A model generated the notes under the pieces. That model was not told where the DNA came from and ran no database searches. It saw nothing but the letters and a program-made list of their open reading frames with translations. From an uncultured virus (IMG/VR IMGVR_UViG_3300046529_000479) (Duplodnaviria > Heunggongvirae > Uroviricota > Caudoviricetes), in the IMG/VR virus record IMGVR_UViG_3300046529_000479: 64,000 nt of DNA; one strand, written 5' to 3'. Below, piece after piece: positions 1 through 9,684 of the stretch. Each line of letters starts with the position of its first letter. The first letter of the stretch is position 1. The position numbers and the translations under genes were made by a program.

Positions 1-83
1 GGCATCGCGAAACGGGTGCGGATCGTCTAGGGTTCCCGTAGCGAGCTTCGCCGTTCGCATATCATCAATTTGGAGGGAGCGTC

Positions 84-1085
84 TTGCCCATTCCGCAACT
101 CAGAACATCAGAACGCACCACCTTTGAGCGTTGTCGATTCCTGTGGTACCAGAACTACTTTCTAGCACGTAGACCCAACATCGACCGACCGCCATTGCGC
201 TTCGGGACGCTCATACACGGCGCGCTGGCTGCCTACTACAAGCCGGGCAAGAAGCGCGGGCCGAACCCAGCATTGACCTTCGAGCGCCTGTACGAGGCAG
301 ACGCGAAGGTCGCTGGTGAGTTTGGCTTCAAAATCGAAGATGACGAAGTGTGGGCTAACGCTGCCGAGCTAGGCCCGGCAATGCTCACAAACTACGTCGA
401 TCACTACGGAGCAGACGATGAATGGGAGGTACTCGCGACCGAGTACCCGTTTCGCATCCGCATCAATCACGCAACCCCGTTCTACTACACCGGCGTCGTA
501 GATGGGGTCTGGCGACATCTGCCGACCAAGAAAGTCTGGATGCCGGATCACAAGACCACGAAAGGGATCGAGCGTCATCCGCGTTGGCTGCTCCTGGACG
601 AGCAGGCGGGATCGTATTGGACATTCGGACGTGAGGCCATCTATCGCGCGAAGCTGATCCCTCGCAGTACGCAGCTCTCTGGTCTGCTCTTCAACTTCTT
701 GCGCAAAGCGCCACCCGACCAGCGCCCGAGGGATAATGGTGGCAACTACCTCAACAAGGACGGCTCGATCTCAGCTAAGCAGCCAGCACCCTATTTCGAT
801 CGCAAGCCGGTATTCCGCGACGACAAAGACAGCGCGTCTGTCTACGATCGCGTTCAGAAGCAGTGGCAGCAGATCCACGACGCGAAGCAGAGCGCCTCCA
901 CGTTCCGCGAGAACAGCATTCTCATCTACAAGAACGCCACGAAGTGGACTTGTCAGGGATGTAGTATGTTCGACATCTGCGAGGCCCACGAGATCAAGTC
1001 CGACTGGGAGGAACTGATGGAAGCAACGACCCAGACCTGGGATCCATACGCGGAGCACGAAGTCATTGCCTCGGAGCAGAAGTGA
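84..1085 (+). CDS. Cas4/RecB-like PD-(D/E)XK exonuclease
   Basis: N-terminal Cys (FERCR), FGTLIH, GVVDGV...DHKT nuclease motif, C-terminal CxxC...C; adjacent to an AAA ATPase and an SSB-like gene, as in phage recombination modules. Confidence 0.8.
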   Translation: MPIPQLRTSERTTFERCRFLWYQNYFLARRPNIDRPPLRFGTLIHGALAAYYKPGKKRGPNPALTFERLYEADAKVAGEFGFKIEDDEVWANAAELGPAMLTNYVDHYGADDEWEVLATEYPFRIRINHATPFYYTGVVDGVWRHLPTKKVWMPDHKTTKGIERHPRWLLLDEQAGSYWTFGREAIYRAKLIPRSTQLSGLLFNFLRKAPPDQRPRDNGGNYLNKDGSISAKQPAPYFDRKPVFRDDKDSASVYDRVQKQWQQIHDAKQSASTFRENSILIYKNATKWTCQGCSMFDICEAHEIKSDWEELMEATTQTWDPYAEHEVIASEQK

Positions 1086-1282
1086 GCAGCAGCGAGGCTA
1101 AGACTGGGATCATTCCCACCCAGAAGCGCGCGAGCCTGCTCGACGATATGCGCGACCGGCCCGGCTCGCTGATCCTGTACGCGGCAGAGTGGGCAGGGAT
1201 CGCGCTGATAGTGATCGGTTTACTCTCGCTCGTATTTGTTCTCTGCGTCGGCGGCTACGAGCTAGTCCAGCAGGCATCGTGA
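1082..1282 (+). CDS. small membrane protein
   Basis: GTGA overlap with upstream stop; long hydrophobic segment. Confidence 0.55.
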   Translation: MSSSEAKTGIIPTQKRASLLDDMRDRPGSLILYAAEWAGIALIVIGLLSLVFVLCVGGYELVQQAS

Positions 1283-1446
1283 TGGGCGCAAAAGACCGCC
1301 GCATCGCCGAGTTGGAGGATGAACGGGACAGGCTGCTGGAAGTCATCCTCCGTGCTACCGCGTTCGTCGAGGAAACTCGTGCTGCTCTGGCTGGCGAGGA
1401 GAAGCCAACTTCCATCAGGGCGATGATGGACGGGGAGAAACCGTGA
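1282..1446 (+). CDS. hypothetical coiled-coil protein (MGAKDRRIAELEDERDRLL...)
   Basis: start overlaps upstream stop; heptad-like pattern. Confidence 0.5.
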   Translation: MGAKDRRIAELEDERDRLLEVILRATAFVEETRAALAGEEKPTSIRAMMDGEKP

Positions 1447-1610
1447 CGATCTACGTCGATTGCCCGAGCTGCGCGAAGCTGCGTCCCTGGGGCAGGCCCG
1501 AGCTAGTCATCAAGGGCGAGAAGCGATGTCGCTACTGTGCCGCGAAGCCGGTCAAGAAGACGCGCAGGAAATATTCTCGAATTGCTATAGGGCAAAAATC
1601 CAATTTTTAG
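1443..1610 (+). CDS. 55-aa zinc-ribbon protein (not in ORF track)
   Basis: my translation: VTIYVDCPSCAK...RCRYCAAK..., two CxxC; GTGA-coupled start. Confidence 0.5.
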   Translation: MTIYVDCPSCAKLRPWGRPELVIKGEKRCRYCAAKPVKKTRRKYSRIAIGQKSNF

Positions 1611-1620
1611 TTGCAGCGAT

Positions 1621-1779
1621 ATGACATTTCAAAATCATCCAGTCGTATGTATGGATTGCCGCCGACCGGCGCGGCTAAACCAGTCATTGATGATCTACTA
1701 CTGTCCGATCTGCAACAGGTCGGTGACTGCTGAAGAAGTCTACGAGCAGCTAGGGGAGGGGGTGATACATAATGGCTAA
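1621..1779 (+). CDS. 52-aa zinc-ribbon protein (not in ORF track)
   Basis: my translation: MTFQNHPVVCMDCRR...YCPICNR..., two CxxC. Confidence 0.5.
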   Translation: MTFQNHPVVCMDCRRPARLNQSLMIYYCPICNRSVTAEEVYEQLGEGVIHNG

Positions 1780-2572
1780 GCCAGCTGACATCCAATCAAT
1801 CAAGCCCAGCAAGCACTATCGCATACTGGTCTATGGTGATCCTGGATCGCGCAAGACGACGCTGGCTGGAAGCGGTGGATCGAACACGCTCATCGTTCAC
1901 CCCTACGTCGAGCACCTAGACGCGATCAAGAACTGCGGTGCTGACCATTGGTTGGTTAAGGATTGGTCTGGGATGAATGAAGTCCTAGCGTGGGCCAGAC
2001 ACGAGGGCAATTCATACGAGTGGATCTGGCTCGACTCGATCTCGTGTTGGCAGGATGTCGGCCTTGATGACATCTTTGACGTAGCCAAGCGACGCAACCC
2101 TAACCGCGCTAACGCTTGGTGGGACAAGGGCGACTACGGCGTCAACATGGGACGGATCGCGGAGTGGGTCAGATTCATGATGGGTTGCGATCTGTTCCAT
2201 CTTGGCATCACAGCCCACCAGTTCTGGATGGAAGTCCAGGAAGGTGAACCAGACGAAGAAATGGGGCCGCAATACATCGAACGCATGATGCCGTGGATCC
2301 AGGGCAAAGGTATGCCCCAGCGGATCTCGGGCTACATGCAGATGGTCGGCTACCAGACAGTTCACGACAGCGAGACGAGGAAGGGGGAACAATATACGAA
2401 GACTCGATTCAAAGGCAACACATCCTTCTACGGGAAGGATCAGTTCCATGCATTTCCGAATGGTCAGGTGATCGACCTGACTGTGCCGAAGCTAGAAGCA
2501 GCAATCAAGCAGGCGCGTGGAATCGCGCCCACCACTACCAGACGCAGGAGGAATAGAGTTGCCAGCGATTAG
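1772..2572 (+). CDS. AAA_24 / Sak4-like recombination ATPase
   Basis: ILVYGDPGSRKT Walker A, IWLDSIS Walker B, TAH; SD GGAGGGGG. Confidence 0.8.
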   Translation: MAKPADIQSIKPSKHYRILVYGDPGSRKTTLAGSGGSNTLIVHPYVEHLDAIKNCGADHWLVKDWSGMNEVLAWARHEGNSYEWIWLDSISCWQDVGLDDIFDVAKRRNPNRANAWWDKGDYGVNMGRIAEWVRFMMGCDLFHLGITAHQFWMEVQEGEPDEEMGPQYIERMMPWIQGKGMPQRISGYMQMVGYQTVHDSETRKGEQYTKTRFKGNTSFYGKDQFHAFPNGQVIDLTVPKLEAAIKQARGIAPTTTRRRRNRVASD

Positions 2573-3353
2573 ATATGACGTGAGCGATGTCGAGTCGGGT
2601 GCCGGCGAACAAGCACCGCCGAAAATCTACAAGGCCAAGATCATGACTGCCGAGCATCGGACAGAGAAGTCCGACGGCACCAAGATCGAAGGCAAGGGTG
2701 ACTTCCATATCACCGTCTCGGTCGGTGACAAGTTTGCTCCGCTCCACTCATACATCGGTCTGTACGACGCAACGGCATGGAAGCTGCGTGAGTTCACGGA
2801 CGCGCTCGGGATGCCCGCGAAGGGCTCGCTCGATCCCAAGAAGCTCATCGGCAAGGAGTGCCGTGTACAGGTCACGAAGGACGAGTATGACGGAGCGTAC
2901 AAGGCCCGTCTGAAGACTTGGCTCGCCGCCAAGGATGAGGATGAGGGCGACGACGCCGACGCCGATGAAGTCGATGAAGAGGAGGAAGCAGAAGACGAGG
3001 ACGAGGTTGACGAGGAGGAGGAGGTTGAAGAAGACGAAGAAGCAGAAGAGGAGGAGGACGAGGAGCCAGAAGAGGAAGAAGCAGATGACCCTCTCGCTGA
3101 ACTCGATCGCTCTGAACTCAAGAAGTACATCAAGGACAACGAGCTAGAGGTCAAGGTCACCACCAAAATGTCGGACGACGACATCCGTGCTGCGATCGTG
3201 GATGCCGAGGGCGACGACTACGATGACTGGTCGCTCGGTGATCTGAAGGAGGAGTTCAACAAGCGGGATCTCTCGCTCAAGAAGGGAGCCAAGTCCACGA
3301 AGGCAAACCTCATCGCCGCGCTCCGCGCCGACGACAACGAGGAGCCTTTCTAG
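2559..3353 (+). CDS. SSB-like (DUF669-type) protein with long acidic tract and two helical C-terminal repeats
   Basis: TTG start after AGGAGG; beta-rich N-half (LIGKECRVQV...EYDG); ~50-residue D/E tract; position after Sak4-like gene. Confidence 0.6.
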   Translation: MPAIRYDVSDVESGAGEQAPPKIYKAKIMTAEHRTEKSDGTKIEGKGDFHITVSVGDKFAPLHSYIGLYDATAWKLREFTDALGMPAKGSLDPKKLIGKECRVQVTKDEYDGAYKARLKTWLAAKDEDEGDDADADEVDEEEEAEDEDEVDEEEEVEEDEEAEEEEDEEPEEEEADDPLAELDRSELKKYIKDNELEVKVTTKMSDDDIRAAIVDAEGDDYDDWSLGDLKEEFNKRDLSLKKGAKSTKANLIAALRADDNEEPF

Positions 3354-3357
3354 CAAC

Positions 3358-6129
3358 ATGCCGATTAAGAACGGGCAGATAAGGCAACTCCGCGACTACT
3401 TCGTCACGGATGCGCCACGCGAAGATGGCGAGTGGTACTTACTGTGCCCTCTGCATGAGGACACGGTTCGCTCTGCCTCCATCAACGTGTACTCTGCTCA
3501 ATTCTTCTGCCAAGCGGGCTGCGGCGGCTGTACGGTGACGGATCTCATCAAGCAGAAGCCTCGATGGATCGCGCCGAACAGTCAAGCCGCAGTCCGCAGT
3601 CGCAGGAATGGTGGGCGACCGCGCCGCGCAAAGGAGGCGTTGTCGCCTGCCATGGCTGATGCCTGGGCACAGAACCTGATGGATGAGGAAACTGCGCTGG
3701 ACGAGATCGTAGGGCGTCGCGGGCTCACATCCGACACGCTCAAGCGGTTCAGGATCGGGTGGGACAAAGACAAGCACGTATACACGATCCCTGTCTACGG
3801 GCCGGACGGAGAGCTATGGAACATCCGTCAATACACGCCGCGTCCGAAAGGCGACACGAAGATCTGGGGCATGAGTGGGCACAACACGCCACGTCTCTAT
3901 CCAGCCGACCAGCTCGTTCATGACACACTCGTAGTCTGCGAAGGAGAATGGGATGCGCTCGCGACGATCCAAGCTGGCTATCCAGCTATCACCAAGACCG
4001 GATCGGCCAAGATCTGGAAGCAAGAGTGGAGTGAGGCTTTCAGGAACAAGTTGGTCTACCTCTGCCATGACCGCGATGATACTGGCGTGGATGCTAACCG
4101 GGTCGTGGCTCGTGCTCTCTCTCGCGTTTGTGACGTCCGTGTTGTTGTTCTACCGTACGAGCTGACTGAGAAACACGGCAAGGATCTGTCTGACTTCTGG
4201 ATGGAGCACGATCGTGAGGACTTCGAGCAGCTGCTCAGGGACGCCCAGCCCTGGCGAGCAAAGGAGTCGCATGAATCAGGGCCAGAGACTATCTCGGTGC
4301 TGGACAGTAGTGACGCGAAGAACATCGCGAAGCCTGTCAACCTAATTGTGACGATCAAGGGGAAGAAGGAGCCGGGTTACACCGTGCCACGCACTGCCCA
4401 GCTAACGTGTACGCGTGACGCTGGAGTCAAGTGCCAATTCTGCCCCATGAAGGCCACTGGCGCGGCCGAAGTCACGATAGGCGGCGACAGTCCGACGATA
4501 CTGGCCCTGATTGATGCGAACCAGCAGCAGCTATTCGATTCGATCAGGAAGGAATACGGGGCGGTCAAGTGCGGGAAGCTCATCATCGAACCGAAGGAAT
4601 ACCAATCAGTGGAGGTTCTATATGCCCGCCCGTCCCTCGATCACTCTGACAGTCAGGAAGCAGGATCGTACAAAACTCTACGCATCATTAGTACTGGCCG
4701 ACACGATACACTTCCCAATAACACTGTCGTTGCGCTTGGGGCGCTTCACCCGAACCCAAGAGATCAACGAAACGAGTTTCTCTCTTGGGAACTCGCTCCC
4801 GTATCAACCTCTCTGGACAATTTTGAGCTGGATAGGACATCAGCTCGCGAACTACGTCGATTCCAAACAACCACCAAATCCCGGCCCGTCAAGAAGCTGA
4901 GACAGATCGCGGAGGCGATGGGTGAGCACGTGACCCGCATTACCGGACGCTGGGAGATGCATGCTATCTTTGATCTCACGCTACATTCTGTTCTTTCGTT
5001 CAAGTTTAACGGCAAACTCATCCGACGCGGATGGCTCCAATGTTGTGTATACGGTGACACTCGAACTGGTAAATCCGAAGCGGCAAGGCAGCTCCTCCGT
5101 CACTATGGTGCAGGTGAGATCGTCGGTGGAGAATCTGCGTCTTATGCAGGACTTGTTGGCGGTCTGCAGCAGCTTGGCGGAAAGGAATGGGTTGTCACAT
5201 GGGGTGTCATTCCGCTCAACGACCGTCGAGCGGTTGTGATCGATGAGATCTCCGCGCTCTCGTACGAGGACATCGGCCACATGTCCGACCTGCGCCACGA
5301 CGGAGTAGTGCGCATCTCCAAGATCCAGCAGGAGGCGACGCACGCCCGGACGCGCATGATTTGGTTAGCGAACCCCCGCAATGGAGGAAACATGGGCCAG
5401 TTCACGTACGGGGTAGACGCGCTACGCCCGCTGATCGGCGCGATGGAAGACATAGCCCGCTTCGACATGGCGATGGCCGTGACGATGCACGACGTTCCGG
5501 TCGAGCAGTACAACGTTCGGTTCGAGCCAAGTGAGAACCGATTCACGGCTAGTCTATGCCACAAGCTACTGCTATGGTGCTGGACGAGGAGGCCCGATCA
5601 AATTGTCTGGACTTCACCTGCCGAGAAAGCAGCAATGGCAGCAGCGACGATCGTGGGCAAGGCTTACATCGAAGATCCTCCCCTCGTACAAGCAGCCGAC
5701 ATCCGCGAGAAGATTGCTCGCATCTCTACCGCGCTCGCAGCTAGGACGTTCAGCACGGACGACGCCTGCGAAAAGGTAATTGTTAAGCCGGAGCACGTCC
5801 ACGACGCCGTGGCATTCCTCCATCATCTCTATGCGATGCCGACGTTCGGCTACCGCGACCGCTCTGATGAGATCTTCGAGGATCGGCGCGAGGCAGAGAA
5901 CAACCGTACGATGATGCGCAAGTACCTGCTAGAGAACCGCGACCTAGCCAAGTTCCTCCGTTCCAACTCTACTTTCAGGAGGCAGGATCTGGAGGAGATA
6001 CTGAACATCGAACGATCGGAGGCCAACGCGAAGATAAACAAACTGTGGGGCGCGCGGATGGTGCGCAAGGACGGCGGCGACATCCGGGTGGAGCCGACAA
6101 TGCACGTGATTCTAAGAGAGGTCAAATGA
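3358..6129 (+). CDS. primase-helicase: zinc finger + TOPRIM + MCM-like AAA+ helicase
   Basis: CPLHED...C-C Zn finger; VCEGEWD...DRD TOPRIM; GDTRTGKS, VVIDE, ANP, RFD motifs typical of MCM-family AAA+. Confidence 0.8.
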   Translation: MPIKNGQIRQLRDYFVTDAPREDGEWYLLCPLHEDTVRSASINVYSAQFFCQAGCGGCTVTDLIKQKPRWIAPNSQAAVRSRRNGGRPRRAKEALSPAMADAWAQNLMDEETALDEIVGRRGLTSDTLKRFRIGWDKDKHVYTIPVYGPDGELWNIRQYTPRPKGDTKIWGMSGHNTPRLYPADQLVHDTLVVCEGEWDALATIQAGYPAITKTGSAKIWKQEWSEAFRNKLVYLCHDRDDTGVDANRVVARALSRVCDVRVVVLPYELTEKHGKDLSDFWMEHDREDFEQLLRDAQPWRAKESHESGPETISVLDSSDAKNIAKPVNLIVTIKGKKEPGYTVPRTAQLTCTRDAGVKCQFCPMKATGAAEVTIGGDSPTILALIDANQQQLFDSIRKEYGAVKCGKLIIEPKEYQSVEVLYARPSLDHSDSQEAGSYKTLRIISTGRHDTLPNNTVVALGALHPNPRDQRNEFLSWELAPVSTSLDNFELDRTSARELRRFQTTTKSRPVKKLRQIAEAMGEHVTRITGRWEMHAIFDLTLHSVLSFKFNGKLIRRGWLQCCVYGDTRTGKSEAARQLLRHYGAGEIVGGESASYAGLVGGLQQLGGKEWVVTWGVIPLNDRRAVVIDEISALSYEDIGHMSDLRHDGVVRISKIQQEATHARTRMIWLANPRNGGNMGQFTYGVDALRPLIGAMEDIARFDMAMAVTMHDVPVEQYNVRFEPSENRFTASLCHKLLLWCWTRRPDQIVWTSPAEKAAMAAATIVGKAYIEDPPLVQAADIREKIARISTALAARTFSTDDACEKVIVKPEHVHDAVAFLHHLYAMPTFGYRDRSDEIFEDRREAENNRTMMRKYLLENRDLAKFLRSNSTFRRQDLEEILNIERSEANAKINKLWGARMVRKDGGDIRVEPTMHVILREVK

Positions 6130-6398
6130 TCAACGCGGAATCCCTAGCGCGAGCAGAGACGGTGCTCCAGGTGGCGTACGCCGGTGCGCCGGACTACGGG
6201 CGACAGCTCGCGACTCTGGAAGTCGAGCGCGAGGCGTTCGACAATCTGCTCCAGCGTCGGGTGGGTCACGTCAAGCGGGAGTACCCAGCCTGGAAGACGA
6301 TGGATCCGAAGATCGAGCCCGCAATCAACACGCTGTTCATGCACTTCTTCCTGGTCGGACTTATCGCGGGGAGACATCAAGCAAGGGAGCTGGTATGA
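6126..6398 (+). CDS. hypothetical protein
   Basis: ATGA-coupled ORF in operon. Confidence 0.55.
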   Translation: MINAESLARAETVLQVAYAGAPDYGRQLATLEVEREAFDNLLQRRVGHVKREYPAWKTMDPKIEPAINTLFMHFFLVGLIAGRHQARELV

Positions 6399-6715
6399 CA
6401 AAGAAAGGAACTGGCAGGATTATTCACGAGACGGATCAAGAGGAAGCAATGGCCAACCAGATCTTCGAACAGATTGAGGCGTCGTTCAAGTTCGTCGGGC
6501 CAGGCAAGGCAATCCAGTCCTGCCAGGTATTCGACAACGTAGGCTGGCAGCGTCGCGCCATCCTGATCCGATTCACGGACGGCACGAGCCTGCGCATCTC
6601 CGGTGAGAACATGGAGATCGAGGAGCTAGACGCGAGCCAGCGCCCTGAGCAGTTCGAGTCGCCCCCGGAGGAGCAGCAGAAGCTGTTGCATCCTGGCGAG
6701 GGGGAGAGCGAATGA
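6395..6715 (+). CDS. hypothetical protein
   Basis: ATGA-coupled ORF in operon. Confidence 0.55.
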   Translation: MTKKGTGRIIHETDQEEAMANQIFEQIEASFKFVGPGKAIQSCQVFDNVGWQRRAILIRFTDGTSLRISGENMEIEELDASQRPEQFESPPEEQQKLLHPGEGESE

Positions 6716-7470
6716 AGGTCGCCATCGTAGGGTGTGGGCCGTCCGGGTTACTTGCAGCGCACGCTGCTAGCCAGCTGCGGGCGGAGGTCAGGATCTTCAC
6801 GGATAAGAAGCGCAAGTCAATGTTGACCGGCGCGATGTATCTCCATACCAACATCCCCGGGCTGACGCGAGAGCGACCCGAGAGCACGATCCTGATCAAG
6901 AAGTTCGGTACCAAAGAGGGCTACGCTCGCAAGGTGTACGGTAGCGATGATCATCCCGTGAGCTGGGATCATTTCGAGGAGGGCACTTTCGGAATGTGGT
7001 CGCTGCGCAAGGCGTACGACCGGGCTTGGGAGATCTACCACGATCGGATTGTCAAGGAATCCATTGACAGGCAAGGTTTGCTCGACCTGTCTCGCGCGTT
7101 CGACTTGACCGTTTGCACCGCTCCCAAGCCCGCGTTCTGCCTCCAGACTGATCTGCACTCGTTCAACCGGCAGAACATCTGGGTCAGGATGTACCAGCCG
7201 GGCAACGACAGCGAAGCCACCACCATGGTCTACTCCGGCGATCCGAAACATCCTTGGTATCGCTACAGTCGAATCGACGACATGCTCAGCTACGAGTACG
7301 CGACTGAGCCTCCATTTAACGGGCTTCGTCCGGGACGTAAGCCAACAGGGAACGACTGCGACTGCTGGCCCACCGTTCTCTGGGCTGGCAGGTTCGGTGC
7401 GTGGCGTAAGGGAGTTCTCACCCACCATGTTTTCCAGGAGACGTTCGATGCTGTGCACTCAATGCTCTGA
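6712..7470 (+). CDS. FAD-dependent oxidoreductase (UDP-galactopyranose mutase/protoporphyrinogen oxidase-like fold)
   Basis: VAIVGCGPSGL Rossmann motif; C-terminal AGRFGAW. Confidence 0.7.
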   Translation: MKVAIVGCGPSGLLAAHAASQLRAEVRIFTDKKRKSMLTGAMYLHTNIPGLTRERPESTILIKKFGTKEGYARKVYGSDDHPVSWDHFEEGTFGMWSLRKAYDRAWEIYHDRIVKESIDRQGLLDLSRAFDLTVCTAPKPAFCLQTDLHSFNRQNIWVRMYQPGNDSEATTMVYSGDPKHPWYRYSRIDDMLSYEYATEPPFNGLRPGRKPTGNDCDCWPTVLWAGRFGAWRKGVLTHHVFQETFDAVHSML

Positions 7471-8110
7471 AGTGATCAAGCCAGTTGTCGCGTTCGACAT
7501 CGATGGGACGATGGGGGACTATCATAGTCACCTGCTCTACTTCGCTGCCGAATATCTGGGCACGATGGGCATCGAGGACTGGCGCTACGCCGGACACGAG
7601 ACGTTCAACTCATGGTTCTGCCGCGTCTTCGAGTGCGACTATCGAACATGGCAGGACATTAAGCTGGCCTACCGCCAGGGAGCGCAGAAGCGATCTATGT
7701 CTCCATTCAAAGACATGGTAAGAGTAGCGCAGACATCCGAGCGGCTAGGGTGCGAAGTCTGGGTGACAACTACGCGCCCGTACCAACGACTCGACGGGAT
7801 AGATCCAGACACGCGTGAGTGGCTCAGACGGAACCGAGTACCGTATGAGGGGCTCATCTACTCCGAGGACAAATATGATGACCTCGCAGAGCGAATCGAA
7901 CCCGATCGAGTCATCGCCATCTTCGACGATCTTGTCGAGATGTACGACCGAGCCGAGGAATTGTTCGGCCCGAGCGTTCCGTTCCTGTTCCGATCCGTCT
8001 GGAACCGGGCCAGGTCACGACCCAATCGAGGAGACTCAGGAGGGGCGATGAGGCATCTCAAGGATAGATTCGCGACGTGGAAGGAGCACCATGAAGCATC
8101 AGCTGCATGA
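7448..8110 (+). CDS. HAD-family phosphatase / nucleotidase
   Basis: FDIDGT motif I, TTR motif II, K, FDD motif IV; AGGAG SD before ATG 7448. Confidence 0.75.
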   Translation: MLCTQCSEVIKPVVAFDIDGTMGDYHSHLLYFAAEYLGTMGIEDWRYAGHETFNSWFCRVFECDYRTWQDIKLAYRQGAQKRSMSPFKDMVRVAQTSERLGCEVWVTTTRPYQRLDGIDPDTREWLRRNRVPYEGLIYSEDKYDDLAERIEPDRVIAIFDDLVEMYDRAEELFGPSVPFLFRSVWNRARSRPNRGDSGGAMRHLKDRFATWKEHHEASAA

Positions 8111-8882
8111 CAAGTATGTAGAAGCACAATTGAATGCGCACGATGTATCATATCCCGAGATCCGCCACGGCGCGATCATCGGAATCTCGCCTGGCAATAT
8201 CGGCGAGGCGATCGCAGAGCGTCTGTTCGCTCGCGAGGAATGGCTCAGCGTTGCTGGCACCAACAAGAAAGCCCACAACTGCTGGTTTCCGGATCAGTGT
8301 ATCGACTTCCTCACCGAAGCGGGGCAGGGCGATCCCGGAGTGATCGACACGTTGATTGTCTGCGCCGCGACTACTCACCTGGACTGGTTCGAGAACTACA
8401 TGCTCGACGATCAAGTAGAAGTCCTCCACGATACGCTCCTCTGCCCAATGGTGGCGACGCAGCAGTTTGTTCGGACTACGCTCCATACGCCGTGGGTGAA
8501 GCACATCGCCTACATCGGCTCGATGGCATACACAAAGGTACTGAACGCCTCTGCCCCATACTGCGCCGCCAAGGCAGGGCTGGCGCACTTCGCCCGTTGT
8601 ATGGCTTGGGAGCTAGGGCCGAAGGGTTACCGCGTCTTCATCGTCCACCCAGGCAACGTCCTCGATTCTCCGATGACCAAGGTCACTGTCGAGGGAATCG
8701 CGCGCTACCGGGACATCGGCATGGAAGACGCCTACGCCTACTGGGCGAGCGCAGAGCCACCGATGGGCTTTCTATCCAGGCACGAGATCGCAGCGGTGGT
8801 CGAGAGCCTGGTCACGGACGAGAATGAGAACTGGGCCCACGCCGTCGGCTCGCAGATCGAGCTGGCCGGAGGTATGCGATGA
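8091..8882 (+). CDS. short-chain dehydrogenase/reductase (SDR)
   Basis: GNIG dinucleotide-binding region, catalytic GS...YCAAK, VHPG. Confidence 0.8.
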   Translation: MKHQLHDKYVEAQLNAHDVSYPEIRHGAIIGISPGNIGEAIAERLFAREEWLSVAGTNKKAHNCWFPDQCIDFLTEAGQGDPGVIDTLIVCAATTHLDWFENYMLDDQVEVLHDTLLCPMVATQQFVRTTLHTPWVKHIAYIGSMAYTKVLNASAPYCAAKAGLAHFARCMAWELGPKGYRVFIVHPGNVLDSPMTKVTVEGIARYRDIGMEDAYAYWASAEPPMGFLSRHEIAAVVESLVTDENENWAHAVGSQIELAGGMR

Positions 8883-9157
8883 CCGACAACGAGTGGAACG
8901 ACGTCATGAATGCTTGCCGACAGATCATGAACGAGCGACAGAAAAAGCGCAAGGATGTCTGGCGCCGGTCGGGAGCACGCGGAATGGTCAGTCACGTATT
9001 CGCCAAAGCTGAGCGGGCGTTCGCTCTCCTCATGGAGCGCAGCCCGGATCTCGCAGAAGCGGAAGCCGAGCTAGTGGACGTCATCAACTATTCAGCTTTC
9101 TGTCTCATTCAGCTACGCAATCAGAACCTAAACGGAGAATGGCCATGGGTGCGATAG
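8879..9157 (+). CDS. all-alpha nucleotide-modification-associated / dNTP pyrophosphatase-like protein
   Basis: K..D.W...G...K.ER...ELVDVINY pattern like DUF1599/Nmad1-type proteins. Confidence 0.5.
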   Translation: MTDNEWNDVMNACRQIMNERQKKRKDVWRRSGARGMVSHVFAKAERAFALLMERSPDLAEAEAELVDVINYSAFCLIQLRNQNLNGEWPWVR

Positions 9158-9684
9158 AGACTAAATGGCACCCGATCCCGCGCGACCTGCTAGAGCTGTT
9201 CTCTGTCGGCATGGATCGCAGAGCACCTGGCTACGAGCCGACGCTGCTCGGCAAGTACAAGGTTCTCAACCTCGGCTCTGGGTACAAGAACTTGAACGGT
9301 GCCGACAACCTAAGCTGGGAGAATGGGTGGCGCGCTCCGATGTTGTCCGACTACGACACTGGATCCGTAGACACGGTGTTCGCTCTACATTTCTTGGAGC
9401 ATCTGGATAGAGAGACGCTGATGTTCATGCTCGATGAGATCGAGCGCGTCCTTCGCCCGCAGGGAGTGCTCAACGTAGTCGTGCCCTGGTATGGGTCGCA
9501 GCTCGCCTATCAGGATCTCGACCACAAAACGTTCTGGACAGTCGAGACGTGGAAGAACCTACTGGACAACTCCTACTACGATGGCTCGATGCCGAGGCAT
9601 CTCAGATTGGAAGAGAACTTCAGCATGATCATGGGTCTGAGCGATCGCAACCTCGTCGTCGTGAGTCAGTTGACGCGACTATGA
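9139..9684 (+). CDS. class I SAM-dependent methyltransferase
   Basis: VLNLGSG, SVD.V, HFLEH, RVLRPQG...VP, DLDH. Confidence 0.75.
   Translation: MAMGAIETKWHPIPRDLLELFSVGMDRRAPGYEPTLLGKYKVLNLGSGYKNLNGADNLSWENGWRAPMLSDYDTGSVDTVFALHFLEHLDRETLMFMLDEIERVLRPQGVLNVVVPWYGSQLAYQDLDHKTFWTVETWKNLLDNSYYDGSMPRHLRLEENFSMIMGLSDRNLVVVSQLTRL

Noticed and set aside
84..1085. Cas4-like gene as part of a CRISPR-Cas system
   Set aside because: Its context is a Sak4/SSB recombination module, with no cas1/cas2 or array.
2627..3184. Poly-Ser ORF on the minus strand, and similar antisense ORFs (e.g. 48194-48676, 35531-36157, 28922-29920)
   Set aside because: Shadows of the acidic, collagen or repeat-rich genes on the opposite strand.
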